Part shown: piece by piece, positions 38,990 through 47,644 of the stretch
How positions within the stretch are numbered: the stretch's first letter is position 1
How the letters are laid out: every line of letters starts with the position of its first letter
Source: an uncultured delta proteobacterium
Lineage (GTDB): Bacteria; Myxococcota; Myxococcia; Myxococcales; Anaeromyxobacteraceae
Assembly (NCBI GenBank): GCA_963828255.1
Contig: CAWHDZ010000015.1
Span: 32,001 to 96,000 of the forward strand
Direction: 5' to 3'
Length of the DNA: 64,000 nucleotides
Made by a program: the position numbers and the translations under genes
Notes under the pieces: generated by a model
Database searches by the model: none
What the model was told of the DNA's origin: nothing
Seen by the model: the letters and a program-made list of their open reading frames with translations, nothing else

Positions 38990-39790
38990 CTACCGGAAGG
39001 CGCTGCAAGCGTCGCGGAACTCGACCTGCGCGACGCCAGCGGGCCTTGGAAGGGCGAAGGTGGAGGCCGGCAGCTCCCGGTCCAGCTGCCAGTCGAAGTA
39101 CTCGGAGGAGAAGTGGGGGCTCCGCGGATGGTCCGTATAGACCACGGCCGCGCGGGCCGGCAGCGCCGTGGCCGGGTCGATCCAGAGCTCGAGCTGTAGC
39201 CCGGGGCTGACGACCAGGATGTGCTCGGTCTTCTTCCCGTCCACGGTGGACGGACCGAGGCCCGCGACCTGCGTGGCCCCCTTGGTGATGGCGGCGAACG
39301 GGTCCGCGACCAGGATCTCGTCCGACGGGAAGGACAGCCCTCCCTGCTCCGCCGCGGCGAAGATCATGGCGTCGAGGGTGGGCGGGGCGGCCGTGGTCCC
39401 CCACGCGCCGGCGCCGGGCGAGAAGGCGGTCATCGCCTTCCCGTCGTAGGCGAACCGGAACTCGGGCAGGTCTCCTCCCCGACTCACCGCCAGGCCATCG
39501 GGGCGCCGCACCGCCACGTGGGCGCCGTTGACGAAGGTGGCCAGCGCGCCTCCGGCCACCGGCAGCTCCAGTGCCACACGGGCCCGGAACGTGAACGTCC
39601 GGGCTCCCCGGAGCCGATCGCTCATCTTCTTCACCAGCGCCAGGGACGCCGGGTCGCGCTCCGGCGCCGGCTGGGCGGCCGGCGCTTCCGCGGTGGCCGC
39701 CGGCGGCGTGGGCGGGGACGGTGAGGGGGCCAGCGTCGCTTGCCCGCCCGCGGAGAGGAGTAGCGCGATGGCCCAGCTGGCGAAGCTCAT
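38990..39790 (-). CDS. DUF2092 domain (LolA-like fold) periplasmic protein
   Basis: Signal peptide, LVKKMSDRL, VRRPDGL, YDGK, LELWID..LP. Confidence 0.8.
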   Translation of the reverse strand: MSFASWAIALLLSAGGQATLAPSPSPPTPPAATAEAPAAQPAPERDPASLALVKKMSDRLRGARTFTFRARVALELPVAGGALATFVNGAHVAVRRPDGLAVSRGGDLPEFRFAYDGKAMTAFSPGAGAWGTTAAPPTLDAMIFAAAEQGGLSFPSDEILVADPFAAITKGATQVAGLGPSTVDGKKTEHILVVSPGLQLELWIDPATALPARAAVVYTDHPRSPHFSSEYFDWQLDRELPASTFALPRPAGVAQVEFRDACSAFR

Positions 39791-39949
39791 GTGGCCCTCC
39801 CTGGTGCCCGTGCGCAAGAATACAAGAGAGGCAATCTAGCACAGCCATGTGCGCTGGACGGGGAGACACGCCGGTGGCGTTGCCGGAGGAGGATGACTAT
39901 GATGCGGCCTCGGATTGGAAGCGAGTGGACTCCTGAGGAGGGTGACGTC

Positions 39950-40501
39950 ATGACCGGACTGAAGGCGGTTTCTGCCGTCCTGGTGGGATTGGGCATCTTC
40001 GTATCGATGACGGAGGTCGCCTCCGCGCAGCTGCGGGGCAAGCGCGGCCCACCCGCCGCCGCGGAGGCGCCGGCGCAGGCTCCCTCGCTCCCACCCGCGG
40101 TCAGCCAGGCCTTCCAGGCCCGCTTCCCGCAGGGCAAGATCACGGAATCCGAGTCGGAGGCCACGGACGGCGTCACCCTGTACTACGTTGACTTCACCGA
40201 GGGTTCCGCCGAGAAGACGGCCACCATCTCCGCCAGCGGCATCGTGATGGAGGTCGGGCAGCCGATCTCGTCGAGCAGCGTCCCCGCGGTGGTGATGAAC
40301 GCGATCAAGAAGGCAGCCGCCGGCGCGAAGATCGGAGAGATCATGCGCACCGAGATCACCCACGAGGCCGAGAACGGCGCCGTGACCAAGCTGCCGACGC
40401 CGGACACCGAGTACACCGCCGAGCTGACGAGCGGGAAGAAGTCGGGCGAAGTGACCGTCGGCTCGGACGGGACCGTGGTCGACCCGGTCAGCTGGGAGTA
40501 G
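39950..40501 (+). CDS. secreted PepSY-like domain protein
   Basis: Signal peptide; LPPAVSQAFQARFP..YYVDF and VPAVVMNAIKK..YTAEL repeats; RBS GAGGAGG. Confidence 0.75.
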   Translation: MTGLKAVSAVLVGLGIFVSMTEVASAQLRGKRGPPAAAEAPAQAPSLPPAVSQAFQARFPQGKITESESEATDGVTLYYVDFTEGSAEKTATISASGIVMEVGQPISSSSVPAVVMNAIKKAAAGAKIGEIMRTEITHEAENGAVTKLPTPDTEYTAELTSGKKSGEVTVGSDGTVVDPVSWE

Positions 40502-40579
40502 GCCCGGGGGCGACCCGGAGCTGACCAGCCTCTCGGTCGCCCAAATACGATACGTGAATGGAACGGCGTTCGACGCGGC

Positions 40580-40820
40580 GTGGGGCCGGGAGCTGACGAC
40601 GGTATCCAGCTCCACGATGGCGAGGGTCTCGGCCCATCGGCTCCAGGAACGGCGGAGCAGGGTCCAGAAGACCCGATCGGCGGGCCGGATGTCGGGGGTG
40701 CCTCCGCCCGGCCAGGGTGACGAGCTGTTGGCGGAGGGCCAGGTTCTCGAGGACGAGATCCTGGCGAGGGCGCATCCCCGAGAGGAGCGTCGGCAGCAGG
40801 GCTACGGGTAGGCGGACCAT
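40580..40820 (-). pseudogene. 5' remnant of an integrase-core (IS-type) transposase
   Basis: LVLENLALRQQL, then after a frameshift DRVFWTLLRRSWSRWAETLAIVELDTV; catalytic core absent. Confidence 0.7.
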
Positions 40821-41039
40821 CGAGGCGGGGAGAATCCCGGCCCTGGCAAGAATCGTCAATGGTTCCGGCGCGGCTGGACATGTGGCGAGCGAGAGGCGCG
40901 ACGGCTGATCGCGAGCGCCGCCGGGACGGTTTCACCTTTCTGGAGCGGGGTCCTCGACCACGCAAGCGGCAACGAACCCGGTGCTCGTGCGGCCCTCGCC
41001 GAGGTCACCCGGGAATGGGGCGCGACCAAGCCCAGGCGC

Positions 41040-41125
41040 GTGGCCGACATCCATGCTTTGCTTGGCGAGAAAGACCTGGCCTTTCAATGGCTCGATCGGG
41101 CACTGGAGCAGCGCGCGCTGGCGGT
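41040..41125 (+). pseudogene. TPR-repeat gene remnant
   Basis: ADIHALLGEKDLAFQWLDRALEQR. Confidence 0.45.
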
Positions 41126-41279
41126 GTCGTTCAGCCGCCAGGGCAGCCCGGCCAGCGGGAGGTCAACGAGGCGATCATCGAGCAAGTGCGCAAGAGGCTG
41201 TCGGCAGAGGAGTTCCAGGCACTCCGGGGAGCCGCATCGTCCCAACCTGGGTGGATGGTGGAGGCTTTCCTGCGGCACG

Positions 41280-41740
41280 AGCGGGGCGCCCCCCGGATCG
41301 AGCTGGACGTGGACGCCGGGGAGCTCCGCGTCCACTACGAGACCGCGCTCCCGCCCGCGGCGGGGTATCTCGACCGTACCGTCCTCGTGGAGTTCGGGGG
41401 CCGCAACAGCCTCGAACCGAGCGAATCCAGGTCGATCGAGCCATACCTGGCCGCCCAGGTGCCTGGCCTGGAGTTCCCCGTAGCCAAGGTCGATGTCCTG
41501 CGCGGCGAGCGGACCTTCTGGGAGAAGGCCACGCTCATTCACGCCGAGTGTGGGCGCGGCGAGCTGAGGCCAGGCCGGGAGCGGATGTCCAGACACTGGT
41601 ACGATCTGGCCAGGCTCGCGGATCACGACATTGGCCGGCGAGCCGTCCCTGACCGAGCCCTGCCGGTATTCGACGAGATCATCGAACGACTGAGACGGCT
41701 GGAGAAGGAGATCAACGGCACCTCATCACGCGGCACCTGA
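41280..41740 (+). pseudogene. truncated AbiEii/AbiGii-family nucleotidyltransferase toxin
   Basis: GYLDRTVLVEFGGR..ERTFWEKATLIH..SRHWYDL; N-terminal nucleotidyltransferase motif and cognate antitoxin absent. Confidence 0.7.
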
Positions 41741-41822
41741 GCCGCCATCGGGCGAGTCGAGGACCCTGAGCTTCTTCTTTCCCTGGAGCGTTGCGACCCA
41801 CTATCACTGAGGGAACGAAGTC

Positions 41823-42119
41823 ATGACCAGGAAGAACCTCACCACCATTCACCCGGGAGAGTTCCTCGCCGAGGCGCTCGGGGAACTTGGACTCTCCCAG
41901 GCGGCGTTCGCGCGTGCCATCGGCGTATCCCCGATGCGGATCTCCCACGTGGTGAAGGGAACGCGACCGGTGACGGCGGAGCTCGCCCTTCTGTTCGGCC
42001 GGGCATTCGAGCAGTCTCCGCAGTACTGGCTGAATCTACAGGCCGACCACGATCTCAAGGTCGCCGGGACCAAGATCGGGCCACGTCTGCGCGCCATCCA
42101 CTCGGTCACCCACCCGTAG
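41823..42119 (+). CDS. higA: HigA-family antitoxin (orphan)
   Basis: IHPGEFL..LSQAAFARAIGV..VTAELAL..WLNLQ. Confidence 0.9.
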   Translation: MTRKNLTTIHPGEFLAEALGELGLSQAAFARAIGVSPMRISHVVKGTRPVTAELALLFGRAFEQSPQYWLNLQADHDLKVAGTKIGPRLRAIHSVTHP

Positions 42120-42263
42120 GCCGCTGCGATGCCGCTCGAAGTGCCGCGACCCGGTCCGCCTTCTCCAGGAGTTCACGCGCGCCCGCCCGCCAGGACGAGC
42201 GGCGCGCGTGCCGTGTACGCGACCACCCCGGAAGCGAGCCGATGCCAGAGCCGGTGATCACCT

Positions 42264-43037
42264 TCACCTTCCGGGGAGCTCGTAGCCGTACCGTGCAAGC
42301 ACGCCCCGGGCCGCGTCTCCCAGCATGAACGCAGCCAGCTCCCGGGCCAGCGCGGGTTGCTTCGTCCCCTTGATGACGACGCCCGCCTGCTCGACCCTCG
42401 GGTACAGGTCGGACGGAACGAGCCACGTCCTTCCCTGCTCGGAGAGCGGCGGGATCTTGGCGAGGGAAAAGGGCAAGAACGCCGCCTGAGCGGCCTCGGA
42501 CTGCACGAACTGGGCAGCCTGGTTGACGTTCTGGCCCATCACGATGCGTTCCTTCACGGCGTTGAAGACCCCTGCCTTCTCCATGGCTGCCTTCGCTGCC
42601 CGCCCGTACGGAGCCACGTTCGGATTGGCGATGGCGATCCTCTGGACCGAGGGGTCGGCCAGTGCCGCGAGCCCCTTGCCGTCGAGGTCGAGCGTCGACC
42701 TCTTCGGGACCCAGACGACGAGGTTGCCGTAGGCGTAGGGGAACGCCTTGCCATCGGCGAGCCCCTGCTCGACCATCTTCGCCGGATACCCGGAGTCGGC
42801 GGAGAGGAAGAGATCGAACGGAGCGCCGTTGGCAATCTGGGCGAAGAACGTGCCCGAGGCCCCGAAGGTCGACTTCACCTCGACCCCCGGGTTCATCGCC
42901 TGGAAGAGCTTCGTGATCTCCTCGAAGGCGGGCTTCATGCTGGCAGCCGCGGCCACCGAGATGGACCGCGGTTCGGCGGCGCTCGCTGGTGCGGTGAGGG
43001 ACGCGGTCAGGAGCAGGGCGAGGGTGCGATGCAGCAT
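42264..43037 (-). CDS. modA: molybdate ABC transporter substrate-binding protein
   Basis: AAAASM, FGASG..QIANGAPFDLFLSAD, AIANPNVAPYG, GQNV. Confidence 0.92.
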   Translation of the reverse strand: MLHRTLALLLTASLTAPASAAEPRSISVAAAASMKPAFEEITKLFQAMNPGVEVKSTFGASGTFFAQIANGAPFDLFLSADSGYPAKMVEQGLADGKAFPYAYGNLVVWVPKRSTLDLDGKGLAALADPSVQRIAIANPNVAPYGRAAKAAMEKAGVFNAVKERIVMGQNVNQAAQFVQSEAAQAAFLPFSLAKIPPLSEQGRTWLVPSDLYPRVEQAGVVIKGTKQPALARELAAFMLGDAARGVLARYGYELPGR

Positions 43038-43053
43038 GTGACCTCGAAGGCGA

Positions 43054-43548
43054 CTACGACTTGCCGATGCTCGACAGCTGGCCCTGGAGCGCGAGCCTGT
43101 CCAGCTTCTCCAGCGGAAGGCTCAGGAAGAGCTCGATCCGGCGACGGAGGGCGGTGGCGGCCTCCCGGAAGGCGCGCCGCCTGTCATCGTCCGACCCCTC
43201 GACCGCGGCCGGGTCCGGCACGCCCCAGTGCGCGGTCATCGGATGCCCGATCCACACGGGGCAGGCCTCGTTCGCGGCGTTGTCGCAAACCGTGAAGATG
43301 AAGTCCATCTGAGGAGCGCCTGGCTTCGCGAACTCGTCCCAGCTCTTGCTGCGGAAGCCGTCCGCAGGGAGACCGGACCTTCGGAGCTCCTCCAGGGCGA
43401 AGGGGTTCACGACGCCCTTCGGCTGGCTCCCGGCAGAGAAGGCCCGGAAGCGCCCCTTGCCGAGGTGTTGCAAGATGCCCTCGGCGAGGACGCTTCTCGC
43501 CGTGTTGCCGGTGCAGAGGAAGAGGACGTTGTACACGCGCTCGCTCAC
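43054..43548 (-). CDS. arsC: arsenate reductase (LMW-PTP family)
   Basis: [39 protein letters not shown]. Confidence 0.92.
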   Translation of the reverse strand: MSERVYNVLFLCTGNTARSVLAEGILQHLGKGRFRAFSAGSQPKGVVNPFALEELRRSGLPADGFRSKSWDEFAKPGAPQMDFIFTVCDNAANEACPVWIGHPMTAHWGVPDPAAVEGSDDDRRRAFREAATALRRRIELFLSLPLEKLDRLALQGQLSSIGKS

Positions 43549-44666
43549 ACGGGCCTCCGGTCGGACTTTGGCGCCGGGAAGTCCCCGACGCAGTTCTTGA
43601 CCCCGTCGATCCGGGCCTGCTCCAGCGGGAAGTACCTCTTCCGAAGCCACAGCGACACGTTCACGAGGCCGATGAGCACGGGGACCTCCACGAGCGGCCC
43701 GATGACTGCCGCGAAGGCGGCTCCGCTCGACATGCCGAAGGTGGCGACGGCCACCGCGATGGCCAGCTCGAAGTTGTTCGATGACGCCGTGAAGGAGAGG
43801 GTCGCCGTCTGCCCGTAGCTCGCTCCCACCTTCCGGCTCATGAAGAAGGACGCGAAGAACATGATGACGAAGTAGAGGAGCAGCGGGATGGCGATGCGCA
43901 CCACGTCGAGGGGGACCTGCACGATGGTCTCGCCCTTGAGCGAGAACATGAGGACGATGGTGAAGAGAAGCGCCACCAGCGTGATGGGCGAGATGCGGGG
44001 GATGAAGACGTTCCGGTACCAGTCCTCGCCCTTCCATCGGCGCAGGAGGATCCAGCTCGCGAAGCCCGCCAGGAACGGGATGCCCAGGTAGATGAAGACG
44101 CTGGTGGCGATCTCCCCGATGGTGATGTGCACGTCGGCCCCGGAGAGCCCCAGCCAGCGCGGCAGGACCGTGATGAAGACCCAGGCGTAGACCGAGAAGA
44201 AGAGCACCTGGAAGATCGAGTTGAAGGCCACGAGGCCGGCCGCGTACTGCCGGTCCCCGTCGGCCAGGTCGTTCCACACGATGACCATGGCGATGCAGCG
44301 CGCCAGCCCGATGAGGATGAGCCCCACCATGTACTCGGGCTTGTCGCGCAGGAAGATCACGGCCAGGGCGAACATCAGGATCGGGCCGACGAGCCAGTTC
44401 TGGACCAGCGACAGCGCCAGGACCTTTCCGTTCTTGAAGACCAGCGGAAGCTCGTCGTAGCGGACCTTGGCGAGCGGCGGGTACATCATGAGGACGAGGC
44501 CGATGGCGATGGGGATGGACGTGGTTCCCACGCTCAAGCGGCCCAGGGCCGGCACGACCCCTGGTACGAGGTAGCCGAGGGCGACGCCTGCGCCCATGGC
44601 GAGGAAGATCCAGAGCGTCAGGTAGCGATCGAGGAAGGAGAGGCGGCGGGCGACGGAGGCGGCCAT
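43545..44666 (-). CDS. acr3: ACR3-family arsenite efflux transporter
   Basis: [48 protein letters not shown]. Confidence 0.95.
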   Translation of the reverse strand: MAASVARRLSFLDRYLTLWIFLAMGAGVALGYLVPGVVPALGRLSVGTTSIPIAIGLVLMMYPPLAKVRYDELPLVFKNGKVLALSLVQNWLVGPILMFALAVIFLRDKPEYMVGLILIGLARCIAMVIVWNDLADGDRQYAAGLVAFNSIFQVLFFSVYAWVFITVLPRWLGLSGADVHITIGEIATSVFIYLGIPFLAGFASWILLRRWKGEDWYRNVFIPRISPITLVALLFTIVLMFSLKGETIVQVPLDVVRIAIPLLLYFVIMFFASFFMSRKVGASYGQTATLSFTASSNNFELAIAVAVATFGMSSGAAFAAVIGPLVEVPVLIGLVNVSLWLRKRYFPLEQARIDGVKNCVGDFPAPKSDRRPV

Positions 44667-44669
44667 GGC

Positions 44670-45020
44670 TCAAAGGCTCCCGACGAGCGCCTTGAGGCGG
44701 CGAAGGGCTCGCGGCTCGACGCAGTAGCAGACGCGGGGGCCGTCGATCTGGCCTCGGATGAGACCGGCCTCCTTCAGGACCTTGAGGTGCTGGGAGACCG
44801 TGGATTGGGCCAGCGGAATCTCGTCCACGATGTCCCCGCAGATGCAGGCCTCGCGGCGGACGAGCAGCCGCATGATCTGGACCCGGGCCGGGTGGCCGAG
44901 GGCCTTGGTCAAGGTCGCGAGTTCCTGGTCCGCCTCCGTGCCTTCCACGGGCCGCACGTCGGGCACATCGCGACGGGCGTTTGCTGGAGCCGGGGGAGCA
45001 CATCGCATCGGGGTCGCCAT
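44670..45020 (-). CDS. arsR: ArsR/SmtB family repressor
   Basis: [38 protein letters not shown]. Confidence 0.92.
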   Translation of the reverse strand: MATPMRCAPPAPANARRDVPDVRPVEGTEADQELATLTKALGHPARVQIMRLLVRREACICGDIVDEIPLAQSTVSQHLKVLKEAGLIRGQIDGPRVCYCVEPRALRRLKALVGSL

Positions 45021-45022
45021 GG

Positions 45023-45151
45023 TTCGGATTTCTACGATGAACGAGCAAGGGGCGCAACCGGGCCAGGGCGAGTTCACGGAACTTTCACCGTTGAAGAGCG
45101 CGGCATCCTGGCGCATGCGCTTGGATTGCCAGTACATCGTATTGATGCGAT
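45023..45151. promoter_or_regulatory. two candidate ArsR operators in the divergent promoter region
   Basis: TTCG-N8-CGAT at 45023-45038 and ATCG-N8-CGAT at 45136-45151, both with AT-rich centres. Confidence 0.55.
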
Positions 45152-45184
45152 AAGATAGCCATCCATCCGAAGGGGTCCAGGGTC

Positions 45185-45589
45185 ATGAGCAGGGGTTTCA
45201 GGTCGGCAGGGTTCGCGCTCGCATTGGTCGCGACGGTGGTGCTCCAAGGGTGTGACGTCACCCGTGCCGAAGGCCCGGTCGCGAGCTCGCCCAGGCCGGC
45301 CGCGACGCAGAGGATTCCCCGCCTGGTCGACCTGGGCGCGGGCAAGTGCATCCCGTGCAAGGCGATGGCGCCGATCCTGGATGGGTTGAAGACCGAGTAC
45401 GCCGGCCGGATGGACGTGCAGTTCATCGACGTCTGGAAGGACCCCGACGCCGGGAGGGCCTACGGGGTCAGCATCATCCCGACGCAGATCTTCTACGCGG
45501 CCGACGGGCGCGAGCTGGCCCGCCACCAGGGCTTCATGGACAAGGATGCGATCCTCGCCCAGTGGAAGGCCCTCGGAGTGAGCCTCTAG
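45185..45589 (+). CDS. exported thioredoxin-family (lipo)protein
   Basis: LQGC lipobox-like sequence, CIPC, IPTQIF. Confidence 0.85.
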   Translation: MSRGFRSAGFALALVATVVLQGCDVTRAEGPVASSPRPAATQRIPRLVDLGAGKCIPCKAMAPILDGLKTEYAGRMDVQFIDVWKDPDAGRAYGVSIIPTQIFYAADGRELARHQGFMDKDAILAQWKALGVSL

Positions 45590-45599
45590 CGGGCGGACG

Positions 45600-46301
45600 A
45601 TGGGCGAGATCCTCACCGCCTTCGGGAACGCCTTCGCGGCGTCGGCGGCGCTCGCCCTTCCGGCTGCGTTCCTCTGGGGCGTTCTCTCGGTCGTCCTGAG
45701 CCCGTGCCACCTTTCGAGCATCCCCCTCGTGGTCGCTTACATGAACGGGGGCGCCGAGTTCCCCACCGGCCGCCGCGCCCTCGTCATCTCCACGAGCTTT
45801 GCGGTCGGAATCCTGGGCAGCATCGTGGTGATCGGGGTGGTCACCGCGGCGGCTGGGCGGATGGCAGGCGACGTCGGCCGCTGGGGTACGTATGCCCTGG
45901 CGGCGGTCTTCTTCGGGGTCGGCCTCAACCTGATCGGGGCGCTGCCCCTGCCGACGTGGACGACGCCCACCGCCGGGACGAATCGGCGCGGGCCGCGGGG
46001 AGCGCTCGTTCTCGGCCTGGTCTTCGGGGCCGCGCTCGGGCCGTGCACGTTTGCGTTCATGGCGCCGCTCCTCGGCCTCGCGTTCCGGTCGGGCGCGGAG
46101 CAGGCGGCCTACGGCGCACTCCTCGTGGCCGTCTACGGGCTCGGTCACGGTGCGGCCATCGTCGCCGCCGGCGTGTCGGCCCAGATCGTCCAGCGCTGGC
46201 TCGCCTGGAGGAACGGCCAGCGGGCCGCAAGGCTGGTGCGCGGAGCCGCGGGCCTGGCGGTCATCGCGGGCGGCGTCTACTTCCTCTACACGGCGACGTG
46301 A
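45600..46301 (+). CDS. CcdA-like transmembrane disulfide-reducing protein
   Basis: LSPCHL..P and GPC..P motifs, about 6 TM helices. Confidence 0.85.
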   Translation: MGEILTAFGNAFAASAALALPAAFLWGVLSVVLSPCHLSSIPLVVAYMNGGAEFPTGRRALVISTSFAVGILGSIVVIGVVTAAAGRMAGDVGRWGTYALAAVFFGVGLNLIGALPLPTWTTPTAGTNRRGPRGALVLGLVFGAALGPCTFAFMAPLLGLAFRSGAEQAAYGALLVAVYGLGHGAAIVAAGVSAQIVQRWLAWRNGQRAARLVRGAAGLAVIAGGVYFLYTAT

Positions 46302-46308
46302 GCGAACG

Positions 46309-47334
46309 ATGAGGACCCCCACGCTCTCCACGGCGGTTCTCCTCGGCGTCGGTCTCGCCGCCTGGACCGCCGCCTACATGGTCATCCACCCGCTTGCGGA
46401 GTGGCTGAGCTTCGGGGTGTTCGGACTGGCGCGCGGGTCGCACCTGGGGGAGGCGGTGGCCTTCTTCCTGTATGACACGCCCAAGGTCCTGCTGCTGCTC
46501 GTCCTCATCGTCTTCGTGGTCGGGATCATCCGGTCCTTCTTCACCGCGGAGCGCACCCGGGCCATCCTGGCGGGGAAGCGCGAGTCGGTCGGGAACGTCC
46601 TCGCGGCCCTGCTGGGCGTCGTCACGCCGTTCTGTTCCTGCTCCGCCGTACCCCTGTTCATCGGCTTCGTCGAGGTCGGTGTTCCCCTGGGCGTGACGCT
46701 CTCCTTCCTCATCTCGGCGCCGATGGTGAACGAGATCGCGCTCGTGCTGCTGTTTGGTCTCTTCGGGTGGAAGGTCGCGGCCCTCTACCTCGTCACAGGG
46801 CTCACCATCGCCATCGTCGCCGGCTTCATCCTCGGACGGATGAAGCTCGAGCGATACGTGGAGGGCTGGGTCTACGAGTCGATGAAGACCGAGGCGACCT
46901 TCGAGCGGGAGCACCTGGGGTTCACCGGACGGGTGCAGAAGGGGCTGGAGGCGGTCCGGGAGATCGTCGGCAAGGTCTGGCCGTGGGTCATCGCCGGGAT
47001 CGCCGTCGGCGCGGGCATCCACGGATACGTTCCGGAGGGATTGCTGGCGGGCTTCATGGGCAAGTCGGCCTGGTGGTCGGTGCCGGCGGCCGTACTCATC
47101 GGCGTCCCGATGTACTCCAACGCGGCGGGAATCATCCCGATCGTCGAGGCCCTCCTCGGCAAGGGCGCGGCCCTCGGCACGGTGCTCGCCTTCATGATGG
47201 CGGTCATCGGACTGTCGCTGCCCGAGATCATCATCCTCCGGAAGGTGCTGCGCCCGCAGCTCATCGGCGCGTTCGTGGGCGTGGTCGCGACCGGCATCCT
47301 GCTCGTCGGCTGGCTGTTCAACGCGGTGATCTAG
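46309..47334 (+). CDS. ArsP/DUF318 permease
   Basis: TPFCSCSAVP, SAPMVNE, GVPMYSN, LSLPE. Confidence 0.9.
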   Translation: MRTPTLSTAVLLGVGLAAWTAAYMVIHPLAEWLSFGVFGLARGSHLGEAVAFFLYDTPKVLLLLVLIVFVVGIIRSFFTAERTRAILAGKRESVGNVLAALLGVVTPFCSCSAVPLFIGFVEVGVPLGVTLSFLISAPMVNEIALVLLFGLFGWKVAALYLVTGLTIAIVAGFILGRMKLERYVEGWVYESMKTEATFEREHLGFTGRVQKGLEAVREIVGKVWPWVIAGIAVGAGIHGYVPEGLLAGFMGKSAWWSVPAAVLIGVPMYSNAAGIIPIVEALLGKGAALGTVLAFMMAVIGLSLPEIIILRKVLRPQLIGAFVGVVATGILLVGWLFNAVI

Positions 47335-47348
47335 AAAGGTCGAAGGCG

Positions 47349-47582
47349 ATGAGGATCCAGGTGCTCGGGACCGGTTGCGCAAAGTGCAAGCAACTCACCG
47401 CCAATGCCGAGAAGGCGGTCGCGGAGCTTGGTCTCGGGGTGACCGTGGAGAAGGTCGAGGACATCCGCGAGATCATGAAGTTCAGCGTCATGACCACGCC
47501 CGCGCTGGTGGTGGACGGAAAGGTGAAGGCGACGGGCAAGGTCCTGACGCCGGAAGCGGTGAAGGAGCTTCTCCGCGGGTAG
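47349..47582 (+). CDS. small redox-active disulfide protein (MTH895-like thioredoxin)
   Basis: IQVLGTGCAKC..VMTTPALVVDG. Confidence 0.9.
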   Translation: MRIQVLGTGCAKCKQLTANAEKAVAELGLGVTVEKVEDIREIMKFSVMTTPALVVDGKVKATGKVLTPEAVKELLRG

Positions 47583-47633
47583 GGCTCCAGCTTCGCCCCC
47601 GCCTCCGGCCTCCCGGAGACGGGGTTCTTCATT
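47579..47633 (+). repeat. right copy (attR-like) of the tRNA-Glu 3' end/terminator repeat; likely bidirectional terminator
   Basis: GTAGGGCTCCAGCTTCGCCCCCGCCTCCGGCCTCCCGGAGACGGGGTTCTTCATT versus 22859-22914; lies between convergent genes. Confidence 0.75.
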
Positions 47634-47644
47634 GCGCCGATTCG

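Larger units (their letters stand above)
22872..47633. mobile_element. decayed genomic island integrated at tRNA-Glu (~24.7 kb)
   Basis: Flanked by the tRNA 3'/terminator direct repeat; contains gene fragments, IS and toxin-antitoxin remnants, a biosynthetic cluster and arsenic resistance genes. Confidence 0.7.
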
